A DNA stretch of 64,000 bases from the NCBI GenBank assembly GCA_030390025.1, contig JASTWF010000036.1:3722001-3786000 (forward strand), given 5' to 3'. Positions within the stretch are counted from its first letter, which is position 1; each line of letters opens with the position of its first letter. Shown one piece after another: positions 24,768 through 36,353 of the stretch. This stretch comes from Squalus acanthias. Lineage: Eukaryota. The notes beneath the pieces were generated by a model. That model did not search any database, was not told the origin of the DNA, and saw only the letters and a program-made list of their open reading frames with translations. Both the position numbers and the translations under genes were made by a program.

Positions 24768-25227
24768 GTCAGCTGTGGCTCAGTGGGTAGCACCCTCGCC
24801 TCTGAATCAGAAGGTTGTGGGTTCTAAGTCCCACTCCAGAGACTTGAGCACATAATCCTAGGCTGACACTCCAGTGCAGTGCTGAGGGAGTGCTGCACTG
24901 TCGGAGACGCCGTCTTTCGGATGAGACGTTAAACCGAGGCCCCGTCTGCTCTCAGGTGGACGTAAAAGATCCCGTGGCACTATTTTGAAGAAGAGCAGAG
25001 GAGTTCTCCCTGGTGTCCTGGGGCCAATATTTATCCCTCAATCAACATCACTAAAACAGATGATCTGGTCATTGTCACATTGCTGTTTGTGGGAGCTTGC
25101 GGTGTGCAAACTGACTGCCGCGTTTCCCACATTATAACAGTGACTACACTTCAAAAAGTACTTCATTGGCTGTAAATAGCTTTGGGGTGGTCGTGAAAGG
25201 CGCTATAGAAATGCAAGTCTTGCTTTT
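24768..25227 (+). mobile_element. Full-length DeuSINE
   Basis: A/B boxes, Deu core and L2-like tail. Confidence 0.88.
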
Positions 25228-25822
25228 CAGAAAAGCGACAGATGATGAATTGTCCTTTCCCTTATCTGCAAAGGAGTACTTCATTCCCCTCTGGATTAAA
25301 GGACAAAGTACTTCACCCTGAGCATTGCTGGCTCATAGAATGGACAATCGCCTGGTGTGGTCAATGTGGATTTAGCTGAAGCATGCAGAAACAAAATAGA
25401 CCAGATTATGAGTTCAACAGGGAGTAGATAGTAAAGGAATATAGCTTGAGTACCCCGTCAGGAGAGAGATGAAACTGGTCTGAGTGGGATCCATAGAAGG
25501 ACCTTAATACAGGAAACTTTCGTTTATCCGGCACCCAAATATCCAGAATTCTCGCTTAACCGGCAAAAATCATCCTCCGAAAACTCCTCTCAAATAACCG
25601 GCAATGTTGCCGAGTCGCAGTCGAGTCTCCGCGAACGGCGAGTGCTCCGAAAACTCCTCTCAAATAACCGGCAATGTTGCCGATCCCGAGTCCGAGTCCG
25701 AGTCCGCGAACGCCGATTTAGTCAGTAGGGGTACTTTTCAAAAGTGCCACTACTCGGCCTCCTGGCGCTGTCGCAAGTCCGAAACATTGCAGTAGCAGGA
25801 GTAGATTCTCCCGCGCTGCCTG

Positions 25823-26410
25823 GAGTCTCTTCTGATCAGCCATTTTGCTGTGTGTCTCCCACGCTGCTGGTACTGTAGTCTCTTCTGATACACCATTTTG
25901 CTGTGTGACTGCCACGCTGCTGGTACTGTAGTCTCTTCTGATACACCATTTTGCTGTGTGTCTGCCACGCTGCTGGTACTGTAGTCTCTTCTGATACACC
26001 ATTTTGCTGTGTGTCTCCCACGCTGCTGGTACTGTAGTCTCTTCTGATACACCATTTTGCTGTGTGTCTGCCACGCTGCTGGTACTGTAGTCTCTTCTGA
26101 TACACCATTTTGCTGTGTGTCTCCCACGCTGCTGGTACTGTAGTCTCTTCTGATACACCATTTTGCTGTGTGTCTCCCACGCTGCTGGTACTGTAGTCTC
26201 TTCTGATACACCATTTTGCTGTGTGTCTGCCACGCTGCTGGTACTGTAGTCTCTTCTGATACACCATTTTGCTGTGTGTCTCCCACGCTGCTGGTACTGT
26301 AGTCTCTTCTGATACACCATTTTGCTGTGTGTCTGCCACGCTGCTGGTACTGTAGTCTCTTCTGATACACCATTTTGCTGTGTGTCTCCCACGCTGCTGG
26401 TAGTCTCTTC
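25823..26410. repeat. 53-bp tandem repeat, about 11 copies, upstream of the transposase
   Basis: CATTTTGCTGTGTG recurs every 53 bp from 25841 to 26371. Confidence 0.97.
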
Positions 26411-27032
26411 CTAGCCACCATTGTTCTGTGTGTCTTTCCATCTTCATCGGCAATTATCTCCTCCATCTTGCATTATGGAATTCCCAAAAGCTGGTCCAAG
26501 CAAAAGGAAGAGAGTGGTCTTAACTTTAAAACAGAAAATCGAGATATGCCAACGACTAGAAAGGGGAGAGAAGCGTATCAACATTATGAATGAATTCAAA
26601 ATCGGTTCGTCAACAATCTACGACATCAAATCGCAGAAGGATAAGCGGCTCAAGTTTTATTCAAGCTCGGAGACATGCAAGAGTGTAGAGAAACGGCATA
26701 CGCTTCGTAAGCCTAAGCTTGAAGAGCTGGATACCATGCTTTATGAATGGTTTTCTCTTAAGCGTTCAGAGGGTGTTCCAATTTCCGGACCCATGCTAAT
26801 CGAGAAAGCAAAGGATTTCTACGAAAGGATGAAGCTCACTGACAAGTGTGCTTTCTCCGATGGATGGCTAACGTGCTTCATGTTACGGCACGGGATACGA
26901 CGACTCGATATTTCCGGGGAGAAGAAATCAGCTGATCACGAAGCCGCAGAAGAATACTGCGATTATTTCAATCGGATTGTGCAGCAACATGATTTGTCGC
27001 CAGCACAGATATACAATGCCGATGAAACTGGA

Positions 27033-30000
27033 GGGGATGGCAGGGGAGGCAGTGAAATGTTCCTCCTGCAGAATGTTTGAGGTGAGGGACGCCGTAGGTG
27101 CACCCATCTCCAGCTCCTCGAAAACCGTGTTAGGGAACTGGAGCTGGAGCTGGATAAACTTCGGATCATTCGGGAGGCAGAGGAGGTCATAGATAGAAGC
27201 TTCAGGGATGTAATTACTCCAAAGCATGAAGATAGATGGGTGACGGTGAGAGGGGCTAGGAGGAAGCAGTCAGTGCAGGGATCCTCTGTGGTCGTTCCCC
27301 TCAGTAACAGGTATACCGCTTTGAATACTGTTGAGGGGGACGACTTACCAGTGGTAAGCCATGGTGACCGGATCTCCGGCGCTGGGTCCGTCCCTGTGGC
27401 TCAGAAGGGAAGGGGGGAGAGCAGGAGAGCAATAGTTATTGGGGACTCAATAGTCAGAGGGACAGATAGGAGGTTCTGTGGCAGCAAAAGAGACTCACGG
27501 ATGGTATGTTGCCTCCCGGGTGCCAGGGTCCGTGACGTCTCGGACCGTGTTTTCAGAATCCTCAAAGGGGAGGGGGAACAATCACAAGTCGTGGTACACA
27601 TCGGTACCAACGACATAGGTAGGAGAAGGGACGGGGATTTAAAACAGGAATTTAGGGAGCTAGGTTGGAAGCTGAGAGCCAGTACAAACCATGTTGTAAT
27701 TTCTGGTTTGTTGCCGGTGCCACGTGCTAGCGAGTTGAGGAACAGGGAGAGAGTGCAGATAAACACGTGGCTGCAGGGATGGTGTAGCGGGGAGGGTTTC
27801 AGTTATGTGGATAATTGGAGCACATTCTGGGGAAGGTGGGACCTGTACAAACAGGACGGTTTGCACCTGAACCAGAGGGGCACCAATATCCTGGGAGGGA
27901 AATTTGCTACGGCTCTTCGGGGGGGTTTAAACTAATTTGTCAGGGGGATGGGAAAAAGGGCTGTAGTCCAGGAGCCAGTGGTGAGTGTAGGGAGGTACTG
28001 AGGAGGGTATCAAGGTCGCAGGAATGTACCGGCAGACAGGAAGATGGCTTGAAGTGTGTCTACTTCAATGCAAGGAGCATCCGGAATAAGGTAGGAGAAC
28101 TTGGAGCGTGGATTGGTACTTGGGACTACGATGTGGTGGCCATTACGGAGACATGGTTAGAACAGGGACAGGAATGGTTGTTGGAAGTTCCGGGGTATAG
28201 ATGTTTCAGTAAGAGTAGGGAAGTTGGTAAGAAAGGTGGAGGAGTAGCATTGTTAATCAAGGATAGTTTAACAGCGGCAGAAAGGCAGTTCGAGGGGGAT
28301 CTGCCGTCTGAGGTAATATGGGCTGAAGTTAGAAATAGGAAAGGAGCGGTCACGTTGTTAGGAGTTTTCTACAGGCCCCCAAATAGTAATAGAGATGTGG
28401 AGGAAGAAATTGCAAAGCAGATTATGAATAGGTGTGGAGGTCACAGAGTAGTTGTCATGGGTGACTTCATCTTTCCAAATATTGATTGGAACCTTTATAG
28501 GTCAAACAGTTCGGATGGGATAATTTTTGCACATTGTAGGCCGACAAGAGCTGGGGCCACGTTGGATTTGGTACTGGGTAATGAACCGGGCCAAGTGTTT
28601 GATTTGTATGTGGGAGAGCACTTTGGAGATAGTGACCACAATTCGGTAACTTTCACTATTGCATTGGAGAGGGATAGGGCCATACGGCAGGGCAGGGTTT
28701 ATAATTGGGGGAGGGGTAATTATGATGCGATTAGGCAAGAATTAGGGAGTATAAGATGGGAACAGAAACTATCAGGGAAAGGCACAAACGAAAAGTGGAG
28801 CTTTTTCATGGAGCAATTACTGCGTGTCCTTGATAGGTATGTCCCTGTCAGGCAGGGAGGAAATGGCCGAGTGAGAGAACCATGGTTCACAAAAGAGGTT
28901 GAATGTCTAGTCAAGAGGAAAAAGGAAGCGTATGTAAGGATGAGAAAACAAGGTTCAGTTGGGTCGATTGAGGGGTACAAGGTAGCAAGGAATGAGCTAA
29001 AAAAAGAGCTTAGGAGAGCTAGGAGGGGGCATGAGAAGTCCTTGGCGGGTCAGATCAAGAAAAACCCCAAGGCCTTTTACTCTTATGTGAGAAATAAAAG
29101 AATGACCAGGGTGAGGGTAGGGCCGGTCAAGGACAGTAGTGGGAACTTGTGCATGGAGTCAGAAGAGATAGGAGAGGTGATGAATGAATACTTTTCGTCA
29201 GTGTTCACCGAGGAGAGGGGCCATGTTCTTGAGGATGAGAGTGTGATAAAGGTGGATAGGCTGGAGGTGGTAGATGTTCTGAGGGAAGATGTTTTAGCAA
29301 TTTTGAAGAACCTGAGGGTCGATAAGTCCCCTGGGCCAGATGGGATATATCCTAGGATTCTTTGGGAGGCAAGGGAGGAGATTGCAGAGCCTCTGGCTTT
29401 GATCTTTGGGTCCTCACTGTCCACGGGAATGGTGCCAGAGGACTGGAGAGTGGCGAACGTTGTTCCTCTCTTCAAGAAAGGAAATAGGAATGACCCTGGT
29501 AATTATAGGACGGTTAGTCTTACTTCGGTGGTTGGTAAGATAATGGAAAAGGTCCTGAGGGATAGGATTTATGACCATTTGGAAAGGGGCAACTTAATCA
29601 GGGATAGTCAACACGGATTCGTGAAGGGTAAGTCTTGCCTAACAAATTTGATTGAATTCTTTGAGGAGGTAACTAAGTGTGTAGATGAAGGTAGAGCAGT
29701 TGATGTCGTATACATGGATTTTAGTAAGGCGTTTGATAAGGTTCCCCATGGTCGGCTCATGAAGAAAGTAAGGAGTTGTGGGATAGAGGGAAATTTGGCC
29801 AATTGGATAAGTAACTGGCTATCTCATAGAAGGTGGTGGTGGATGGAACATTTTCGGACTGGAGACCAGTTACCAGCGGTGTGCCACAGGGGTCGGTGCT
29901 GGGTCCTCTGCTGTTTGTGATTTTTATCAATGACTTGGAGGAGGGGACTGAAGGGTGGATCAGTAAATTTGCTGATGACACCAAGATTGGTGGAGCAGTG

Positions 30001-31195
30001 GATGAGGTGGAGGGCTGTTGTAGGCTGCAAAGAGACATTGATAGGATGCAGAGCTGGGCCGAAAAATGGCAGATGGAATTTAACCCTGATAAGTGCGAGG
30101 TGATTCATTTTGGTAGGGCAAATTTGAATAAGGATTACAGGGTCAACGGCAGGGTTCTGAGGAACGTGGAGGAGCAGAGGGATCTGGGGGTTCATATCCA
30201 CAGATCTCTGAAGGTTGCCACTCAAGTGGATAGAGCAGTAAAGAAGGCCTATGGTGTGTTGGCGTTTATTAACAGAGGGTTTGAGTTTAAGAACCGTGAG
30301 GTTATGCTGCAACTGTACAGGACCTTGGTGAGACCACATTTGGAATATTGTGTGCAGTTCTGGTCACCTCACTATAGGAAGGACGTGGAAGCATTGGAAA
30401 GAGTGCAAAGGAGATTTACCCGGATGCTGCCTGGTTTGGGGGAGAGGTCTTATGAGGAAAGATTGAGGGAGTTGGGGCTTTTCTCTTTAGAGCGGAGGAG
30501 GATGAGAGGCGACTTAATAGAGGTTTATAAGATGATGAGGGGGATAGATAGAATGGATGTTCAGAGACTATTTCCTCGGGTAGAGGCAGCTGTTACAAGG
30601 GGGCATAACTATAAGGTGCATGGGGGGAGATATAGAAGGGATGTCCGAGGTAGATTCTTTACTCAGAGAGTGGTTGGGGTGTGGAATGGACTGCCTGCTG
30701 TGATAGTGGAGTCGGACACTTTAGGAACTTTCAAGCGGTTATTGGATAAGAACATAAGAACATAAGAAATAGGAGTAGGAGTAGGCCAATCGGCCCCTCG
30801 AGCCTGCTCCGCCATTCAATAAGATCATGGCTGATCTGATCCTAACCGCCAATCTACTATCTACTATCACAGAACCATCTCCTGCATCTAACAGAATTGC
30901 ACACACGAAATAGGAGCAGAATCAGGCTACACGGTCCCTGGGCCCGCTCCACTACCCACCAGGGCCATGACCGATCCGAACCTAGACTCATGTCCAAATT
31001 CCTGCCCGCTCCCCGTAACCCTTAATGCCCTTTACTTCTAGGAAACTGTCTATTTCTGTTTTAAATTTATTTAATGATAAGCACATGGAGCACACCAGAG
31101 TGATAGGGAGTGTGATAGCTTGATCTTGGTCTCGGACAATGCTCGGCACAACATCGAGGGCCGAAGGGCCTGTACTGTTCTATGTTCTATGTTCT
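27033..31195 (+). mobile_element. CR1 LINE (partial ORF1 plus almost complete ORF2) inserted in the Tigger transposase
   Basis: Esterase ORF 27240-27935 (GDSIVRG, HIGTND, DGLH); ORF2 27815-29920 and 29833-30765 with one frameshift; (TTCTATG)n tail. Confidence 0.95.
30751..31075 (-). mobile_element. Antisense CR1-type 3'-end insertion in the CR1 3' region
   Basis: TSD GATAAG (30745-30750 / 31076-31081); (AAGAACAT)n reversed tail. Confidence 0.85.
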
Positions 31196-33470
31196 CTGTT
31201 TGGAGGTTTTTGCCAGAATCAACGCTTGCTGGGGTTAGTGAGGCTAATGTTTCAGGTTACAAGAAAAATAAAGATCGTGTAACCGTGCGAACATGTGCGA
31301 ACGCCGCTGGATCACACCGGGTTAAACTTCTTGTTATCGGGAAGTATAAAAATCCCCGTGCATTTAAAAATGTGAGGCGCTTACCTGTTGAGTACAAAGC
31401 TCAAAAAAATGCTTGGATGGATAAGGAAATCTTCTCCGATTGGTTCCATCATATTTTTGTTCCATCTGTGAGGGAACATTTCCGCAAAATAGGGAAACCT
31501 GAAGATAGCAAATGCATTTTATTGCTTGATAATTGCAGAGCCCAGCCGCATGAATCCCAGTTGGTTTCGGGAAATATTTTCACCATTTATTTGCCACCAA
31601 ATGTAACTTCTCTCATCCAACCCATGGACCAGGGCGTTATCCAAAATCTGAAGTGTCATTACAAGAAAGACTTCCTACGTAAACTGATAAGCCAAGATGA
31701 CAATATTCAAGATTTGCAGAAGGAATACAATATTAAAGATGCCATCTATAATGTTGCATGTTCCTGGAAATTGGTGAAAGGTCACACTCTGAGGCAAGCC
31801 TGGCGCAAATTGTGGCCTTCTGTAATGTTTGCTGAAGGTTCTTCTTCAGAGGAGGAATTTCATGGGTTCAGTGTTCGTCCCAAGAAGAGTACAATAATGG
31901 AAATGGCTGGAATGGTGAAAAATGCAGGCCCAGCAAACCCTCTACGTCACCTCAGTGAAAGTGATATCGAGCAGTGGGTTGATGCAGATAGAGAAGTTGG
32001 TGTTGTGCATATGCTAAGTGATGATGAAATAATTCAGAATGTTTTGAATCCAAAGAAAGAAAAGGAAAGCGAGATGGAAAGTGAAGAGGATGAGATTTCT
32101 GAAGAAGAGAAGATTTCTTGGGCTAAAGCTGCAGACGGATTTTCTACAATCCTCAAATTTGCTGAAAGGCAGAATTGCTACACTGCACAAGAAGTTATGC
32201 AACTCCATATTCTGCATTCCACCTTTCTCCAGAAAAGGCAAGAGTCCACTAAGCAAACCGACATCCGCAACATGTTTAAGAAAGCTTCCAAAAGAGTCGC
32301 AGCAGCGGAAGTGCCTGAAGAATCTGTGGCATCGGTGGAACTGCGTGATCCTGATGACCCAGCTGGCACGGATACGGATATTTCTGATGAACCAGATGAC
32401 TCGGAATAAGTGTACAGTCAACTACAGTACTGTAGACAGTCGTTTATAAGTTTTGTTTTACTGTTAAGTAATTAAAGAGTTATGGATTACCCTCAACTGG
32501 CAGTACTGTACTTAATCAAGCATCTTCCACTATCCATTTAACACAACATTCTGTAGGTGAGTACCCAAATACTGTATACTGCACATTTCTTGATTTATTT
32601 ATTTTTCTTTGTTAAAAATAGCCTCGGTAGATATAACTCTCCGTTATCCGGTACTTTCGATAAACCGGCACCACGCCGGTCCCGTCGGTGCCGGATAAAC
32701 GAAAGTTTCCTGTAGCAGGTCAAGGTTGATGGACTGAATGTTTTTTTTTAATCATTCTTAGCATCTTATATTCCTAAAGTCCCCAAGCTGTCCTGCTAGA
32801 TGCCATGAGTGTGAGATCTCAGGAACAGCATAAGCTGGTTATAGTTCTGACAATATCTAAGTGCTGGCACCAATAGCGGAAGCACATTGTTGGCCATGTG
32901 GGAAAGTCAATGGAATGGCATTGATCCTCAGTGATAACACCATCAGGTCTGACTTGACCTAAGACGGAGACTTGATCTAAAAAAATAAATAAGTAACATA
33001 GTGAAAGATAAGTGGATGTAAGGAGGTATTTGGTACAAAATTAGGATTGGAAAACACAAGGCATGATAATAAACTGAAGAAGGCACAAGTTAAATTCAGC
33101 TTAAGACAACAGGAATGAGTTAAAATCCATTTGACTCATCAATCCCACATCAGCCACAGTCCGTGTGCAATCTGTCCTATTCACTCTACTCTACCCAGGG
33201 AAAGTTCTCCATAAATACTCCATGCTCATAAATATTCTGTGTCTCCAGAAATACCATCTGTTCTCCAGAAATACTCCCTGATCTCCAAGGGCAATCACAT
33301 AACAGGGCAGAATGTTCATTCATTTTCATATCTCCGCTATGCAACCCTGGCCTGTAACCCTCCACAGATAACATTGTCCACCCAGTAGCACAGGAACCAT
33401 CATGTTCCATGGGGTATTTCATCATCTCAGTCTAGACCTATAACCTCCAATCCCAACCAGATATTTATCC

Positions 33471-33597
33471 AAAAGCAAAATACTGCGGATGCTGGAAATC
33501 TGAACTAAAAACAGAAAATGCTGGAAATGCTCAGCAGGTCAGGCAGCATCTGTGGAAAGAGAGACAGAGTTAACATTTCAGGTCGATGACCTTTCGT
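33471..33597 (-). mobile_element. Penelope terminal-repeat fragment with mutated hammerhead
   Basis: Homologous to 19707-19835; duplication CAGATATTTATCC (33458-33470 / 33598-33610). Confidence 0.87.
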
Positions 33598-33677
33598 CAG
33601 ATATTTATCCTGTTCCATTCTGAAGGAGTTTACTGACATGGCATCAATTGCTTTTACTGGCAGTCTAAAAAAATGTT

Positions 33678-34085
33678 GGGTTCAAGTCCCACTCCAGAGA
33701 CTTGAGCACACAAAGCTAGGCTGACACTCCAGTGCAGTACCGAGGGAGTGCCGCACTGTTGGAGGTGCCGTCTTTCGGATGAGACGTTAAACCGAGGCCC
33801 CGTCTGCTCTCTCAGGTGGATGTAAAAGATCCCACGGCACTATTTCGAAGAAGAGCAGGGGAGATCTCCCCGGTGTCCTGCCAATATTTATCCCTCTATC
33901 AACATCACTAAAACAGATTATCTGGTCATTATCACATTGCTGTTTGTGGGAGCTTGCTGAGGGCAAATTGGCTGCCGCATTTCTTACATTACAACAGTGA
34001 CTACACTTCAAAGGTACTTCATTGGCTGTAAAGCACTTTGGGACGTCGTGAAAGGCGCGAGAGAAATGCAAGTCGTTCTTTTCTT
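33678..34085 (+). mobile_element. DeuSINE, slightly 5' truncated
   Basis: B box, Deu core and tail present. Confidence 0.85.
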
Positions 34086-34094
34086 TTTTTTCAA

Positions 34095-34446
34095 GGTAGA
34101 GCCAGCAAGAAGCTAACGTCTACAGGTGCCAGCAGCCCACTCTGTAACTTGCCCAGGTGGCCATTCTTAATGCACGAGTTGAGAGAGTGAGTGTTGCCAG
34201 GCTATTTGGCCACAGTGGGGTCACAGCCAAAGCCAATCCTGCCGTCCACTGAAGTCCACACGCGCGCACATTCCAGCAGGTGCAACCAGGCTTGAGAATC
34301 CTAATTCAACTTTTTCACTGTGACCAATTGCAGCACCCCAATCGCTGCCCCCACTAAAATCATCTAGCTCAGTACAGATCAAGGATTGAACCTTGGACCT
34401 TCTGGTCTGGTATGGCTCACTAAGCCACTAAGCCAGCTGGGGAGCT
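34095..34446 (-). mobile_element. LF-SINE-like relic, near full length
   Basis: Minus strand: B box GGTTCAATCC, CTGTACTGAGCTAGATGA, AATAGCCTGGCAACACTCACT, AAGAATGGCCACCTGGGCAAG. Confidence 0.7.
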
Positions 34447-35530
34447 AATTTCTTCCTGCTTACAGCCAACAATCTATGAGGACTAAGCACCGGTCGAAGA
34501 ATCGCAGCTACAATGCTGTAGTTCTATCGGTGACCTGAGTTTCCTTTGAGCATGACGTCCCCACTAGAGCAGCAGGATTACCGAATTAACCCTTTGGAGC
34601 GTACTGCCACACAAATTGGCCCCATTTATGGTATCGCTGTCTGTTCCTGCCTTTGACCAACAGCTTGAAACACAGAAACAAGAGAAACTACAAATGTGCC
34701 AATCGGGTTATAGGCCGTCGGTTTCAGTAAACGTAGGAAGCCAGTCCTGCTCATTCGCACCCTGGGTCTCACTATTGCACAGCAAGCCCAGCAGCACCAG
34801 AGACTGACTCCCAGCAGAGTGCAAACAGGGGGAGAGAATGCGTCATTGAGGTCACTCTTCTGAAACAGAGTCAAAAGAGCCAATGAGTATCAAGGTTCCT
34901 AAAAGGCACAAGGTGACTTGCCCTGCGGTCAAATGGCCCAGATAGTAGGCATGTCTTGCAATGTACACTTCATCCTTCACAGCCAAGCCTACCTGTCAGA
35001 TGTAGTCTCATTTATCTCGAATACCCTGAAGCACATGCATTCTATCTCAATAAAACACTTCAGCGTTGGGTCTCCACAATCTGTGCTTGATGGACTGATT
35101 TCCCTTATTAGTTGCTTTATTACTTTTCTCCCTCTTGAAGTCTTGTAAAATGCAACATCCCCAATCAAGAGCTCGAGGGGAAGACCACCCCTCCCCCCCA
35201 TCCGGGGCGCAAAGATTCATGAGACATGCAGTCAAACTCGCTGGGAGTCAAGTGCTGCCCACCCCGCACAATCTGCAACTGCGGTCTTCAACCAGCACTG
35301 GCATTTTTGAAAGGCTGCTCTGGAATTTCCATGCACCCCAGCAGATTGCACCCATTTTACACGGGATTTACGCCAATCACTTCTCCAATGGATATGCAAA
35401 TGAGCTAACCCAGGAAATTCTCCTGTAGTCCAGACCATCAGCGAGTGTATAAAACACTCTGGAGCTGACATTCTCAGCAATCGCACCGAATAAATAATTA
35501 CCGGATGACAACAATAACTGCATTAAAATA

Positions 35531-35792
35531 CAGTAAACTCTTTCTTATCCGGCACCTATGGGACCAGGATGGTGCCGGTTGATGAAAAATTCTGGATAAC
35601 AGAGAGGTATACCGACCAAGGCAATTTTTAACACAAACAAAAATAAAAACCACTGACTAACTCGGCCACCGCGGGAGACTCGGACTCGGCAAAACGAGTG
35701 CTGGATGGATTCGGCAAGATTAGCGGTTATCTATTTTGCTGGTTATTAAAGTATTCCGGATGATTAAGTGCCGTTTAAACAAGAGTTTACTG
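35531..35792. mobile_element. Tigger-like MITE
   Basis: TIRs CAGTAAACTCTTTCTTATCCGGCAC / GTGCCGTTTAAACAAGAGTTTACTG; TA on the left, CA on the right; resembles the TIRs at 25510. Confidence 0.8.
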
Positions 35793-35794
35793 CA

Positions 35795-36035
35795 GCGCCT
35801 TTACTGTAGTAAAAGATCCCAGGGCGCCTCACAGGAGCGATTATCAGACAAAATTTGACACCGAGCCACATAAGGAGGTATTAGTACAGCTGATCTTGGG
35901 CAAAGAGGTAGGTTTTAAGGAGCGTCTTAAAGGGGGAAAGCGAGTTAGAGAGGCGGAGAGGTTCAGGCAGGGAGTTCCAGAGCTTCGGGCCCAGGCAGTT
36001 GAAGGCACGGCCACCAATGGTGGGGCGAAGGGAGT
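35795..36035 (-). mobile_element. L2 3' fragment
   Basis: Matches 41887-42172 and 53355-53600. Confidence 0.75.
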
Positions 36036-36353
36036 TGTTACTGTCTAGATTCGAGGAGGAAGCTCTGTTTCGTACTGTAAATCTGCAGATTGTCTTTGTT
36101 CCTGTTTATTTATCTATTTACTGTTAAACAACTGCACCAAGAACAAATTAACTGGTTATTTATCTCCTTGCTATTTATGGAACATTGCTGCCCAGAATGA
36201 TGGCTCAGATTGTCTACACAACAGTCACTGAAGTTTAACAGCAATTCACTGCGGCAAAGGGACTTGATAAAATGACATTTCTTTACTTGGAAATACATTC
36301 CAAGTGTTAAAAGAAAGACTTGCATTTATATAGCACCTTTCACAACCTCAGGT

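Larger units (their letters stand above)
26475..32409 (+). pseudogene. pogo/Tigger (CENP-B/Jerky-like) DDD transposase split by a CR1 insertion
   Basis: [18 protein letters not shown], second HTH (FSDGWL), IYNADETG ending at 27032; resumes at ~31196 with WRFLP...LLLDN...IQPMDQG, open to the stop at 32409. Confidence 0.93.
25510..32712 (+). mobile_element. Tigger/pogo-family DNA transposon with complete ends
   Basis: Perfect 26-bp TIRs CAGGAAACTTTCGTTTATCCGGCACC / GGTGCCGGATAAACGAAAGTTTCCTG; TA at 25508-25509 and 32713-32714. Confidence 0.96.

Noticed and set aside
25718..26466. Three 205-238 aa minus-strand ORFs
   Set aside because: Artefacts of a stop-free 53-bp tandem repeat read in all three frames.
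26475..32409. Domesticated TIGD/JRKL/CENP-B host gene with an intron
   Set aside because: Flanked by perfect TIRs and TA TSDs; the interruption is a CR1 without splice signals.
34989..35201. Possible host exon on the minus strand (also 33186-33425, 39130-39340 and 58648-58868)
   Set aside because: No recognisable protein similarity and no consistent exon chain; 58750 onward is SINE-derived.
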